NCBI GenBank assembly: GCA_002633005.1
Contig: NMRA01000090.1
Location: forward strand, 447,986 to 511,985
Direction: 5' to 3'
DNA: 64,000 nucleotides
Source: Phoronis australis
Taxonomy: Eukaryota > Animalia > Phoronida
Shown here: positions 1 to 14,300 of the stretch, one piece after another
Position numbering within the stretch: the first letter of the stretch is position 1
How the letters are laid out: each line of letters begins with the position of its first letter
Notes under the pieces: generated by a model
What the model saw: the letters and a program-made list of their open reading frames with translations, nothing else
Database searches by the model: none
Told to the model about the DNA's origin: nothing
Position numbers and translations under genes: made by a program

Positions 1-74
1 AGTGTGAGAGCTCAGTAGACGCAAAAGTATAAGCTCATTATCTAATATGTCATATATATTCAAAATTACTGACC

Positions 75-1075
75 GGTAGTTGAGATTTCTGGGGCTGGCG
101 AGCACAACCCATGCACACTGGGTTTTAACTGTCATAGCGTATTTGGTAACCAGTAACATCTATTTGAATCACATGGAATTGTTTATTGTGGTACCCCGAA
201 TGATGACCTAGCTTCTTTTACAGTGTAATTGAGTTTCTGGCGAACGTCTTCCAGAGCACAATTTGTTGTCTGTCATGGGTCATCTGGTGGATTATTGGTT
301 TTAAGTCAGTTTTAGCCGGTACCTCGGGTATCTAATGTACCTCGAAAGCATATTATTGTGGTTGAGATTTTTGAGGGTTTCTTCCAGGCACAGTCCAGAG
401 TGTATTTTGTCTGTCATAGGGCATTTATTGACCTGTGACATGTATTGAACCTCATGGAATTGGTTTTGTGAGGTACCTCAAATGTATAAGCCAGCTCATT
501 TTTAGGGGGTCCTTCTTTGGTTTCTGTTGGACCCATTCCAGAGTGCAATTTGTCTGTCATGGGTCATTTGGAGTTCAGTGTGGTACTATTGTTTGTTTAA
601 TACCAGTTTTGGCCCGTACGTCGAAAATCTAGTCTAGGTCAAATTTTTGATAGCATACCGTGGTTGAGATTTTTGGGGGTTTCTGCCGGGCACAATCCAG
701 AGTGTAATTTGTCTGTCATAGGGTATTAAGTGATCTGTGACATGTATTGAACCTCATGGAATTGGTTTTGTGTGGTACCTCGAATGTATGTGCTAGCTCA
801 TTTTTGGGGGGTCCTTTTTGGTTTCTGCCGGACCCATTCCAGAGTGCAATTTGTCTGTCATGGGTCATTTGGTGTTCAGTGCGGTACTATTCTTCGTTTT
901 AAATCAGTTTTGGTTGGTACCTCGAATATCTAGTCTAGCTCATTTTTGGGCTGTTTGTAAGGCCACCAGGGGTCACACCCAGAGTGCAGACAACGGCAGA
1001 CGTCCATTTCTGTACATACTAAGGTGGACTTTAAATGCTCCCGTGGTCAGATGTTGGTACCTCGTTCATCTATGC
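75..1075. repeat. Degenerate tandem repeat, ~300-bp period with ~150-bp subunits
   Basis: GTGGTTGAGATTTT recurs near 357 and 660. TCCAGAGTG..TTTGTCTGTCAT.GG and GTACCTCGAA recur throughout. Confidence 0.75.
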
Positions 1076-1109
1076 TAAGTGCTCTGGGCTGCCGGTCTAT
1101 TATAGCCTT

Positions 1110-1860
1110 GGTACAAAGCTGCATACTAAATATACAGCTTTGCACCGATATGGGTAAAAAAGTGGTAAAATAAAATGTGGAACAAAATTAGTGTCATTAA
1201 AAACTACAGTCTTCCTTGAGTAAACTAACTTATTTAACTGTGTTGGAAAACATGGCATTCTACCGTAACTCTGCTGCTAAAGTTGTGGAGCGATCTTCTG
1301 CATCGGCTTTTGGCACCATGAAATATTGTGCCACCTATTGGCCAGATTCGTTTTTCGCCGAATCTTCAATCAACTGTTCTTTCACGAGGTTACGTAAACT
1401 TCACAACAAAATTATTGGAACTGGTTCCACTTCATTATAAGTTTTTAGAATTTCGAAAGAAAAACCGAAGTTCAGAACAAATTTTGCTGCTGCGAAGTTG
1501 TCGCAAACATTTAGGAAATGGCGCATGTGCGTGACACGAGCGTACTGTTTTCAAAATGACAACATACTTTTCATTGTTACAATAGGTCGTGACGTAAGAA
1601 AATGACATTTCACCGTTTGTTCAATTGTTTTTCACTTTAGCAGTTGTAATGGGCAAGGTGAGTGTCAATTGACTATCAAATTTTGCAAGCACCCCGTCCG
1701 ATCTTTAGCTTTACATGTTGAAACAAGTTTCACAGCGAGGTGACGAGCAGAAGTACCCTGGATGTGTTCAATTTAGGGGTCTATGGAAGATTAACACACA
1801 CAGTGGTACTTCGGTGTATTTTGATTTTTGACGATACAGCTAGCTGGCTGGTTAGGATGG
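1110..1860 (+). mobile_element. Diverged internal fragment of the Kolobok-like repeat family (homologous to ~45790-46540)
   Basis: Shared collinear blocks: ACAAAATTAGTGTCATT, CTTCCTTGAGTA, CTCTGCTGCTAAA, GGCAAGGTGAGT, GGTGACGAGCAGAA, ATACAGCTAGCTGGCTGG. Confidence 0.75.
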
Positions 1861-2066
1861 ACTTACTGGTAGATTGAGATTTTCTAATCAAAATGTGTAC
1901 CGTTTGATTAATGTCTCCTCACGGCGCATCATTCGTCCATCCCTGCACCAGAGAATTGTATGAATGATCAACTTCAATCACAGACAATAATAGTACCGTT
2001 GTTGTAGTATAATACAAATGATCAGAAACGGCTGAGCACTTGTTGATTGTTGATCAGGTCGGACGA

Positions 2067-2076
2067 ACTTCCGGAA
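2067..2076. promoter_or_regulatory. ETS/GABP-type motif (ACTTCCGGAA) in the putative HIBADH promoter
   Basis: CCGGAAGT consensus on the - strand, about 240 bp upstream of the ATG. Motif match only. Confidence 0.3.
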
Positions 2077-2312
2077 ACAAATGAATTCAAAACTGTTTCT
2101 TCAAAATCCTTTATTGATAGCAATAGTAACTATAATTTGCACTTTTAAACAATTTAAAGTCTTTCTAGACAATATTTATATTACTTAAAAGTTTATTAGT
2201 TTAATACTTTGTCAAATTACTTTTGACTTGAGAGTATAAATAGTTCCAAAATCGACCGTTTGGGATTGACTTCAGAGGGCCCAAGTTGCAAGAGTTCGAG
2301 AGAAAAGTAGAC

Positions 2313-2388
2313 ATGGCAACTACTCTTAGTGTTAGATTCTGTTCCAATGGACTTGCAGTTTCAAGAAGATTTATTCGGTCATTCTCAG
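2313..2388 (+). CDS. HIBADH: HIBADH exon 1, mitochondrial targeting presequence
   Basis: [25 protein letters not shown]: Arg/Ser-rich with no acidic residues. Ends CAG|GTAATA in phase 1, which fits the next exon. Confidence 0.85.
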
Positions 2389-5300
2389 GTAATAGGCCTA
2401 GTAAAAGTGCAAATAACTTGTCCCGATAGTATTGTATGTCTGACCTTTCTCGCCCGGTTGATCTCGACTAGCTGGCATATAGGCATACAATTACAAGGCA
2501 ATTACATCGCCCTGGATGCCGCAGGCATACAGGACCGAGGGATTACGTGTACGAACATAGACAGTGACCACCACAGGCACCTTTAATCAGCTCTCAACTA
2601 AACACTAAATGAATTCTGTTGTATTACTGCAGGCTCACTAGCTAGGCCTCTACAAGTACTCACCAGTTAAAACACAGCTACTCAAGCTTCAGTAAAACCC
2701 AATCAAGGTGCCCATCCCTGACAGCCTGATTGCTTGTTATATAAATAAAAGAAACATGGGGGGAACCACAAAACTGACAAATCACAAGACACCACAGAAA
2801 GATGAAGGACGAATGATATTGACGTTTACAAGAACTCTTTTTATTTAGTGTATAGTTGAGGGCTGATTAAAGGTGCCTGTGGTGACCACCGTCTCTTGTT
2901 GAACTACAGAGTACAGACGGTGAAGCTCCTAGTCGTATGTTATAGACACTTCATACGCGCAAAAATATTCAGCGCATCATACCTCACACTGATTAAAATG
3001 TCACATTGTTATTAAATACTCCAGTAATTGGTTGGTATATAACCTGTCATCGGTGTAGTACACAAACGGCTACTGACATTATTTGGGAATATGCTACACA
3101 ATGATAAGATGCTCCAGAAGATTGCTGTCTGGCAGATGATAATGCATGACCTATTAGAAAACAGCTGATTTAGCCAAGTGCTCATAATGTATTATCTCCC
3201 CTCAGCATTTGAACTTGTACTCAATCCTCCAGTAAAGTATCAGTGAAAGACCCTTGTCAAGTCAGCAGTCTGGACCTACTGGGAGGAAAAGTCAAGACAG
3301 AAGCATATGATTATAGCTCACTGAAGCACATCAACATTGAGGCACTCTCCCTTGGTTCTGCTTTTTGTGTCTGGTCCTCTGTCCAAGCTTCGCAGTATAG
3401 AGAGAGTGGCAATCAATGCCAGGCTGCTGACCGGTACTTACATTCTTCAGTCCAACAGAGCTGTATTCAACCAATGCGCTGTTAATGTAACATGCCCTCT
3501 CTGTGGCGAAGAAGACTAGACAAGACACCATTTCATTTACGCCTGCACGGAGCTTCAACCTCATCGTGAAAGATATCTCAAAAGGCTTAAGATGGCCCTT
3601 ACTTCCCAACAGTACAGTCAACTGAATCCCAGCTCCCCCTTCCCCTGACTACCAACGTTGCCCTAGATGCCACTGCAGTAATGAACACTATCGCCAAGAC
3701 AGAGACTACCTTGACCACTAGNTTGCTTCTTGAACTCTGCGACTGGACTCCTCGTGTCTGACAGAGACAAAGCTTAAGTACACAATTTCAACCAATCAGA
3801 CACGATCTGAAGGGCGAGGCCCATAGCTCCTAGCTTCTGACCATATTTGGCCATGTCCAAAGGACTCAACATCATAGGAAAATTCCATACGTAATACACA
3901 GCTTGACCACTAGAGGGCGCATATATCTCACTTACATAATCATGTCCAGGGCACTCCTGTTACAGTAACATGCCCTCTCTGGAGCGAAGAAGACTAGACA
4001 AGACACCACTTCATTTACGCCTGCACGGAGCTTCAACCTCATCGTGAAAGATATCTCAAAAAGCTTAAGATGTCCCTTACTTCCCAACAGTACAGTCGAC
4101 TGAATTCCCCCTCCCCCTGACTACCAACGTTGCCCTAGATGCCACTGCAGTAATGAACACTATCGCCAAGACAGAGACTAACTTGACCACTAGATCAGCA
4201 TAATACAAATCCTTCACTGTATTTATGTTTGTTCTCTACAATATACCTCCTAAAAACAGTTGTACCCAATATCAACACCATGTCCAATTTGATTTGAATG
4301 TGCTTCATGTGTTCAGTGGACTTCTCAAAAATATTAGTGGACCATAATCTCCATATATACCTGTATATATTTACCATGCTCCAGGACCATAGACTGCAAA
4401 TTTTAACTTTACACTCCCTATTTATCAGTTAAACCAACTGCATAGGCAGGCGTCTTATACAATGTTTAAGGGTAATACTGGAGGACACTGTGGTGCAGCG
4501 GTATCCTGGACACACGAGATACTGACTCCTGGACAAACATTTTATCACTACTAGTCTCTATGACTACGTTTAATTATCATCGCATTTCCTCGAATTGTTA
4601 CTAATGATGGCTGCGGCCTATATTGTGCATCGCTGTGCTGTGTGTACTTTCCCGTGTCAAATTGACAGTGCTCATCACATAATGTAGCTGTTACCTGTAC
4701 CTTCTGAACTGTCTGTGACAATCGCTAGTGAACCCTTGGATATCAAAAATAATAATGCTGTGGATTGACCCCATACCTTCGTTTGTGCCCTTGTGACGAG
4801 TGTAATTGCGCTGCGTAAAAATGGCCAGTTTCCGATTTTGGGAACTGAAGGAAGGACTGCTCAAAGACAAAGTTTGAGAACGGAAGTTTTTGTTCGAAGG
4901 AATTAACTTGGACATCAACGGCCTCCTAAGGTGTAATTCTCTGCGCAAGAGGTACTCGTAGCAACTTGGCTTTGATGTTTTAATTAGTGTGAGACATAAT
5001 TCGCTGAAAAGCTTTTGGCCGACTAGAGACGGTAGTCACTGTTTAGTCTTCTCAGAGAGCCCAGCTTCCCATCAGCACTGCAGAATTTATATCAGGCGAA
5101 CTCCCCAGAAACCACAAAACTGACCAATAACAAAATGCCACAGAAAGGTCAAGAATGATTGATGCTGACAGTTACAGCATTAGTAAAGAAGGGAATGCTG
5201 TGTTCGCCATCACACATAGAATGATGTAACCTGAAGTCTAGCAAAGATAGCAAACTGCCATAACATACGAGTGTGCTAACTTGCTTCTGCGGTGAGGTTT

Positions 5301-8300
5301 GCAATCTCGCCACTATGTGACGTGTGATTACCTTCTGCTTGACCCTGATTGAAGGTCAAACAGCAGTGAGTCACACCGGTCAACGCGCACATCACATAGT
5401 AGTGAGATTGCTGTGTTAACAATTTTCAATGATATTAATGGTCATGCAGAGACACATTATTTTGATCATCCAGGGAGGAATTATTTTCGCAGGACTTTGC
5501 TTGGTAATGTAATACAAGGCTCAGTTTTCATTTATTGCAAGCTCTGAGTGTCGACTTAAAACGATGTAAAACTGAATTGTTTTGGGAAAGTGTTTTCACA
5601 TAAGATTGAACAAGCTTTTTGTTGTTTTTGTTTTTGTTTGCAGTATCAAGCACCAAAAAGGTATGTTCTATATTCTAGAGAATGAAAGTTTTTAAGTGAT
5701 ATGATTAATTTGTCATTCAGAGGAAACATCCAGGTACTAATTATTTTCACAGGACGTTTGTTATGTAATAGTTTTCTTTTTTTGCAAGCTCTGAGTGTAG
5801 AGTCGACTTACAATAATGTGAAACTGAATTATTTTGGGAAAATTTTTTCACATAAGACTGAATAATCTTTTTGTTGTTTTTTGCAGTATCAAGCACCAAA
5901 AAGGTAAGTTCTATATTTTAGAGACTGCAAGTTTATCAAGGCCGAACATGCTGTGTTTAATCAAGTGGCTCATTTGGAAACTTATTAGCAGAAGTAACTT
6001 AAAAAAATAAGGTCCTTTAGAATTTATTGCCACCCGTTTCACCCTTCGTTAACCATGAACTTTTCAAGAAACACACTTTTTGTCTTGTACCTTAAAAGGC
6101 ATGCGTCTTGAGGAAGGTTTCGCTTGGTCTTCAGGTTGGCTTCTGAAAGAAAAGTCTGATGATACTTCTGTTGGCAATTAGTGATGACCTTGAAATATTT
6201 TTGCAGCCCTGTTAAGGATTAAAAAATGTGGAAATGTTGATATCTTGCTCACATTTTCCATCACCTGACTTGTCAAACAATCTCGAAAGAGTCCCTATTG
6301 GGGCTATTTCAAACCATGTTATCATGCGTCATTTACATGATGCAGGACAAGTGCTTTGGTTTAACAGATGCATTGCTTTGTGAAAAGAGTGTGGTACTGT
6401 GTTACTTCTGAATAGATCTATTTCAGTTAGAGATTCCATCATGGACATGCTCTGATTATTAGTGTTGGAGATTCGACCATGTACATAATACCCTAGTTAT
6501 TTCTTTTAGAGATTCTACCGTGGACATATCCTGGTTATTACTGTTAGAGATTCCACCATGGACATGCTCTGGTTATATTTTGTAAATATTAGGCTTTTAA
6601 AGTTTCTGGGTGCAGATGTAAACTCTACTTGAAACTGTTTCAGCATGATCACCGTCCTGTTGGGTTTATTGGCCTTGGCAACATGGGTAGACACATGGCG
6701 AATAACTTGGCAAAGAGTGGCTACAAAGTGGTTGTTTACGATGTCGTACAAAGTGCTGTGGATGAAGTGAGCCAGACACCAGGTGAGTGTCCCTCTACTG
6801 TGTGGTGCGCACCACTTAGCTTAGAGTCTCTATAAAGTGTAATTTAAAATATACGCCATAGTCAATGGGTCCTAGGCTATAGGGGAACATTTTGCGATTA
6901 CTTTTGTTGCAATTTATTTTCTCAAGTATGACTTAATAAAGTACTGTAGTACTACGTTTTTCTTATTCATTGTTTAAAAACTTCCATTTTCTGTAAAAGC
7001 ACAGTTATTAAATAAACTTTCGCATAATGTTGAGCATCAGAGAGTGCTGTAAACAACAGCATTTACCAATTACAAACTAAGAAGTCCAGTTCTGTTTCCC
7101 GAGGTTGATGCAGATTGTTCATCTACAGCATCTACTTAATAATTTATACAAAATCATTGATAAGCAGGCTGTTGGTTTAGCTCAAGTTACTAGTAAATGT
7201 TCTTGATCTTAAATCTGATCATAAAAAGGTGGACAATAAAAGTCTGCTTACATGCATGACATGTGTCACAGAATTGTTCACTGACAATATTTCCAGGTGT
7301 GTGGAAATAATAATCATTAATGCTAATGATTTAATCAGTAATCAGTCCAGTGTAGTGGAGAATTACAAAAATTATGTTATGTTTTGTTCGTTTTAAAGAA
7401 AATGAGGTCGTGTTGAAAGGGCTTCTGTCACGTTTAGACTTACGTGCTTATGCTGGGCGCATGGGACCATGGGTAACTAAGCACAAACTAAATTGGCGTA
7501 CTAATATAACAAACTGTTTAATATTGTCAACTAATAAAGGAACAGAGAATATGACATAGTACGGTACTTCTAATATTACACAATAACTAGTCAAATTACA
7601 TAACGCATGGCCCAACTTGCACCCAACTTTTGGGGGAATATGGCTACAGCACAATATATCAACATGACTTGTGTGACTTTCACTCATAAGAAAGACAACT
7701 ATCTTTCTTATACAAATAATGACTCCTACAAGTTGTGAACAACTCAATCTACACGTCCAACTGCCATGGAATGACAGACTCGAGCAACTAATATCTCTGC
7801 ATCACAGCATGCACAGCACAACTTCATGCTGATGCATGTTTTAATAAAGCTGGTTTTTGCTAAAATTCATGTTTTACTAAATTTTAACGAAAACACAGGT
7901 GCCAATACTTCATTAACTATTAAGATACAGGCTGCATTTTTCATCCGATCAATGTGAAATTGACACTCAGCATATTTTTCATTACTATCTTGAGGCCTAT
8001 ATTTTTACTTGAAATCTGGCAAAATTTATCTTTTATCGCATGAATCTTGGGGCTAATTTTAGTTTACTTAATTCGTAACATCTGCTAAAATTGCATATGC
8101 CAAATTTAAGGTAGTTGGCATGCCACCCATAGACTTGTGAATCATGGTTAGTTATCATTGTTTGAAGCCTGGCGTGCGTTCAGTAGACGCTAGGACCTAC
8201 GCTAGGACCTAGCTAAAACCTAGTCAAAGTCACGTGTTCTCATTTAAAATGCATGGCAATATCTCGCGTAATCTCGCGAAGTCTTGCTTTTTAGCGAGGT

Positions 8301-11300
8301 CCTAGCGTTACTGAACGGGAGGCGGATGTTTGTTATTGTTGCAGGTTTGATTGTGTAAAGCCCCACGTCGCATGGTCATTAGGTAAAGCCTCAGACAGTC
8401 ATTACTGCAGTTATCATAGGTTGGTAATGATCATAACACTAATTGTACTTCTGATTTGTTTCAGGAGTGGAAGTGGGAAATTCACCCTCAGATGTCGCCC
8501 TGAGAACCGATGCCATAGTTACCATGTTACCCTCCAGTCCTCATGTGACAGAAGTGTATACAGGAGACAATGGGATATTTAAGTATGTACACACATTTGT
8601 TTATTAATGAGTTCCACTTTTTCGTCAGTGGCAGGTCTACATGTAAGTCATGAAGGCCTAATCACATGTTTCCAAATCATTAATCTCTTACTACAGCATC
8701 TCGGGTGGGACGACTTCCCCTCAATCCACCTGATGAAAATAGACGTTACTTAGTTACTGACTCAGATGAGTTATTCAATAGGCTCATAGGAGGCACTCTC
8801 GCATGAGAGTTGACGTAGCACTACAATAATGTAATGAGTACTGAACATGTGTGACTGTGCACTACAATAATGTAATGCGTAGTGGACATGTCTGTGCACC
8901 TCTGTTACTATACAGAAATGTTATACCAATCAGTGCAACACATGTTTTAAGATAACTGGCCAGATGCCATTGAGTAGTCTAGAGTAAATCTCTTGGCTGA
9001 TATACCCTGAGCTCCTTTTGACATCCTATTCCTCTCCTTATATGAACTGAGATATGAATGGTGTTTTAATGATGTTTGTCCAACACTATACTTTTTTACA
9101 GATCTATCAAAACTGGAACTTTGCTAATCGATAGCAGTACCATAGACCCAGCTGTCTCACAACAGATGGCGCTCGTTGCAGACAAGAAGGGTGCTGTCTT
9201 CATGGACGCCCCAGTGTCAGGAGGTACTGTGGACTAGTTGCTTACATTTAGTGACTGTGTTGTGTCTACATTATTGTGTACAAAATGTTACATCAAATCC
9301 CAAGTCTCATAACTGTCACACTTAAATAAACGGACTGATATTCATGACTATATGTGACTTGTGCACCAGATAATCTGTGCGTTTTAGATGTTGTGCCTAA
9401 TTGTTCATGTGGTTGCAAATTAAGGATATGTTCATGGTCACACATCATAAACTGACTGTATTTACCGAAGTGCACTGCCCTGTAAATAAACATGACACTG
9501 CATTTCGTTGGTTGGTCAACTAACACTGGCCGAGACTGTTAAATATTTTGCCGTCAGAAAACAAGCTAACAAGGTCAACGTCACTGCTCATTTTTGCTAG
9601 TTTGTACCTGACAGTTTAGTTCATCAATTACAATTGCAGCAGTGCTAGTTTATATCTGGCAGTTAAGTTCATCAATTTCAGCAGTGCTAGTTTGTACCTG
9701 ACTGTTTAGTCTCTTAATTGCAGCAGCGCTAATTTGTACCTAACAGTTTAGTTCATCAATCATTAGCAGTACTAGTTTGTACCTTTACAGTTTAGTTCAT
9801 CAGTTGCAGCAGTGCTAGTTTGTACCTGACAGTTTAGTTTCTCAATTCCAGGCGTGCTAGCTGCTCGTGATGCTGGGTTAACGTTCATGGTGGGTGGTCC
9901 ACAGACTGAGTTTGAAGCAGCCAAGGAACTGTTGAGTATAATGGGCAAGAATGTGGTCCACTGTGGTGATGTAGGCATGGGCGAGGTGACTTACCATTTA
10001 CTCTTGATCATAATTTGACTAGATTGCTATTATTTCGCCTGTTGCCATTGACTGTTACCCGCTTAATTGACAGATATTGCTCATAATGCCCCTATTGATG
10101 AAAGTCTAAGTATTTGCATCTGAACCATCCAGCATTGACATATATTGCTCATGGTAACCCTTTTGATGAAAGTCTATTTTGCACTGGAATCACCCACCGT
10201 TTGAGTCAAGAGAGATGCATTAAGGTTACAGACAGTTAACCCATGTCTTTACTTAATAATATAAATCTCATCATAGAATTTGACAAAATAATATAATTGT
10301 ATCAGTGTAGGCAATGTGACCCTTTACTCAATGTTCCTGCTGCCTAAACCATCATGGTATTTGAATGAGACTTGATGTCTAAGTATTTGAGACATTGTTC
10401 ATTGTTTTCAGGCTACAAAAATCTGTAACAACATGATACTGGCAGTCAGTATGATCGGTGTCTCAGAAGCATTTAACCTGGGAATAAAGTAAGTTTAACC
10501 TAGTTTCAGCTTATCAATTGGTGAATGTTAAGGTCAGTGTTAACTGGTGTCTTTGTTACTGTATCTACTACTGACTCTAATTAAACCCATTTTATCTTGA
10601 TCTGAGATGTTATCCTGGCTATTAAGCAAAGTTCGTTTAAGAGGTGGTAATTCTAGTTTTTGCACCGCTGTCTTTATCTGCAGTGCTGTAAATGTGTGAT
10701 ATTTACCAGATGAGTTTTGTTTTAATAAATAACTTGACGATGGTGTCCGGTTTATCTGTGCTGGGAAATTCCTTAAAATTTTGAAAATCACACGGCACAT
10801 TCAGTTCTAAAATTAATAAAACTATATTTTTTAGTTGTTGGATGCAACTATGCTCTATTGTTAAACATGCCTAGTTAGCATCTAAAAAGCCTTCTAGTTA
10901 CTTCACCTAGTAGTCTGAAACCAAAAGATAGTCTAATTGTTTCACATTAAACAAAAGATTCTGTCTATTGTTTATTAAGTAGTCTGATTCTTTATATTGT
11001 CTAAGTAGGTGTAATTCTGTGACATACAACAGATTTGGTTTATTTTTCAAGTAGTCTATTTGTATCACATGAAATAACAGACTCTGTGTATTGTCTAAGT
11101 AGTCTAATCTATCACACAAAACAACAGATTCAGTCTATTGTCTAAATACTACAGTACTCTAATTGTATCACATGAAACCACAGATTCTGTTTCTTGTCTA
11201 AATTGCCTATTGCACAAAATAACAGATTTGGTCTATTGTCTAAGTTGTCTAATTATGCCACATTAAACACCAAGCTCCTTAAGTGTCCAGCCATCAACAT

Positions 11301-14300
11301 GCTGCCATTGTTGTACTTGCATCTGTTGCCTGTTCATACTTAATATTGATTAACATTGTACTCTAAGTACTAAAACTGCTTTGAGGTATACGTGTAACTG
11401 GTCTGCAAATATGTATTTACAGACAGGCTTCACAAGGTTGTTAAACTGTGGAATACAATTTTGCCCAAATGTTGCAAATTAAAATCCACATTTCATCGAA
11501 TTTCTTTGACAATCGCTGCTTGCAAAATCTGCCAGAAAAGTCAGCATTTTTGAATTGTAGTGGTTTGTGACTGTTTCGAGGGGGTGATGTGGCCGGGGTA
11601 ACATCATTTCTGAAATATATTGGTCTATTTACACCAACCTCTAAATAGGCTAGAGGGTGGTGTAAGTAGATCAATAGAGAAATGATGTTTAGTATTTTTA
11701 TCATGATTTGAAAACTACTGGCAGTTAATGTTTTTGCTTGTTGTAGTGATTACCTTCCAGATCTTACCATTGGTCTATACCTTGTACAGCTACCGTCATC
11801 AAACTATTCATCAGCATGCAAGTTGAAAAATTCGAACGTACAATGCAAACTGTTTATAATTTACAGACTTGGACTGGACCCAAAGAAGTTTGCAAGTGTC
11901 GTGAATACAGCTACAGGACGGTGTTGGTCGAGTGAGCAGTACAATCCATGCCCTGGTGTGTTGGAAGGAGTGCCCTCTAGTAATGAATATAAAGGAGGGT
12001 TCGGTACAGCCTTGATGCATAAGGTGGGTAACCTACATTCACAATGGTTTACTATATGTACAGACATAAGACAAATCACAGATCACAGGTGGTTGGTTTG
12101 AGGCTATGGGCACTGATAGAACAATCCTGTGTATTGTTTTTGTTCTAACAGTAGGCTATAGATCTTGTTTAGAGTGCACAGTTTAGGTCTGACCATACTA
12201 CTGGAGGACTGGAATACCAACTCCTGGGCATGACCGATGCCCTCTAGTGTTAAAGATTGTGACCCTGACATTTTTTTCCGCCATCCTGTTACACCATCAA
12301 AATGTCCCACTTTTTGACACACATTTTTTGACATATAACAGTCTTATCTTTAAAGATCCTCATTGAATTTTCATAACATTTGCCAAATAGGTATCTATTA
12401 GTGAGGTGACGCTACTTTCTCGTTTTCGGGTGCATTCGAGGTATTTTGTTATTGGCATCTGCCCCTTTATCAACCAAACTACTGTAAGGGTGGTTGTGAA
12501 AATTGGCATATCTGTTCGTACTGTGAAGAGGACGACTGACAATGGTTTTCTGACGGCTTTGAGTACTGTGGCACTTCCTAGTGGCAGATTTTTTGTACCC
12601 TTGGCTGTATCTCCTAAACCCTCTGCAGGCTCTATAAATTATTAAATTGTCTTGAGCAAGTGTATTTATATGAAATTAACAACGGATGACAACAATGACT
12701 TTTGAAAGGAACTGACGAATGCTGTGCCCCCTAGTGGCAACTTTTCTCCATTTTCCTCTGTTTCTCTGAAGTTCCTTGAGGGATTTCTATGAAATTTGGT
12801 AAATATGTTGCATTTCAAGTGTTGTTACGGGGAAGAGCGTTTCTGGATTATATCTAGAGATGATTTGACAGATTTCAATGAAATTTGATTCAGTGGTATG
12901 TTATGACAGTGAGTCGGCAACATTTGATTTTCAGGCTGATTCGACCACTGCAGCTCCTCCTAGTGGCCCTTAGAAACATCTCATAAGCGATGGTCCGTAG
13001 GCGCAGGTCAACTCCCCAGTGTTGCTCTTGTTATAAAATTAAGTCAGCATGATGAACCCCGAGATGAAGTCTTAGTGCAAAACATGGAATATTTTCATTG
13101 TACAACTTTATGAAAGATTTCTCCCAATGCCAGAACTCGCATGGAAAACAGATAGTACCTAGAAAAGCAGAGAGAATTACTCCCTTTGGAGAACTCAATC
13201 TGTTGTTTGGGCAACTCGGGACTATTATTTTAAAGCAAGGTCAAAATTACCCAATTCATTTTGACATTGCCGTTAATATATGAAATTGTGGGAATTGAAC
13301 TCAGGAAATGAAATCCTGGTTCTCTTTAATCCATCTATTTTAGGCACTGAACAACCAGTTACCAAATCTTTTCTGTTACATTGTGATAAACAAGAGCTGG
13401 ACTGGATGCAGTGGCATCTACAGATCATGAAACAATGGGGATCCGTCCTCACAGGGCTTTTAATGGTGTAAGGTCCCATCCCAATTAGCAATGCTCACAC
13501 CCTTGTCACATTGCAAGCATGTGTTTTATGTCAGATAACTATGATGTCGCACAGATCCCATTGAGTTATAAACTCAAACAGTATTTCCAAATATTTGGAA
13601 AAACAGCCTGGTATGCAAGCTCCAGTGTTGCTGAGCAGTATACCAAGTGTAACACATGAAGAGACATGTAAAAACTAACTACAAGGAATGCAGCTGATTG
13701 GTGGAAATAACGAACCCAACAATCACTGTGAGTTTACGATTCCTTAAAATGAGGGAATCACTCTCCCACTGATTTACATAAATGCAAACCCAAAGCCCTG
13801 CAACATCAGTAGATGGAGTGGTAACTTGGGATTCGTGTAGCTCTAGTTAACTTTCCCCTCCCTGCATCATCACCAGCTTACTGCCCTGCCAGCATTGTCA
13901 TTGTGACTGAAATTATCCAGCCAGTGTTTAATATGCCTTTCCCACTGTCAGTCATAACACTATCACAACAGCCATTCTCACATCTTTTTGAGCATTTGGT
14001 TCGACAATTTCTACACGGGTTCGATTGAACCACCAAACTCCTTTTTGTATTGGCCTGTAGATGGCTGTGCAGGTCTCCAAAGATCTTCAAATTGACAGCA
14101 CTTGACAATTCACTTCCATACCTGTACTCGTAACTGTAACCTTTCATAGTAACTTGTCACCTGTAACTTGTTTGAGTGAGTGAACTCAGTCTGTTAAAAT
14201 CAAATAATTGGGCTCTGAAAAAATTTCTTGGTGTGATGTGCACATTTCTGTAAGTTATTAAATATCTGCAAACCATGTAACCACAAGTTGTTCATGATGT

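Larger units (their letters stand above)
5466..5940 (+). repeat. Tandem duplication (~245-bp units) that includes the HIBADH micro-exon
   Basis: CATCCAGG..TTATTTTC.CAGGAC ... GCAAGCTCTGAGTG ... AAACTGAATT ... GCAGTATCAAGCACCAAAAAGGTA is present twice. Confidence 0.9.

Noticed and set aside
1641-1657. ATGGGCAAG|GTGAGT as HIBADH first coding exon
   Set aside because: It is phase 0 and does not fit the micro-exon, and it lies inside a dispersed repeat. 2313-2388 encodes a convincing presequence in the right phase.
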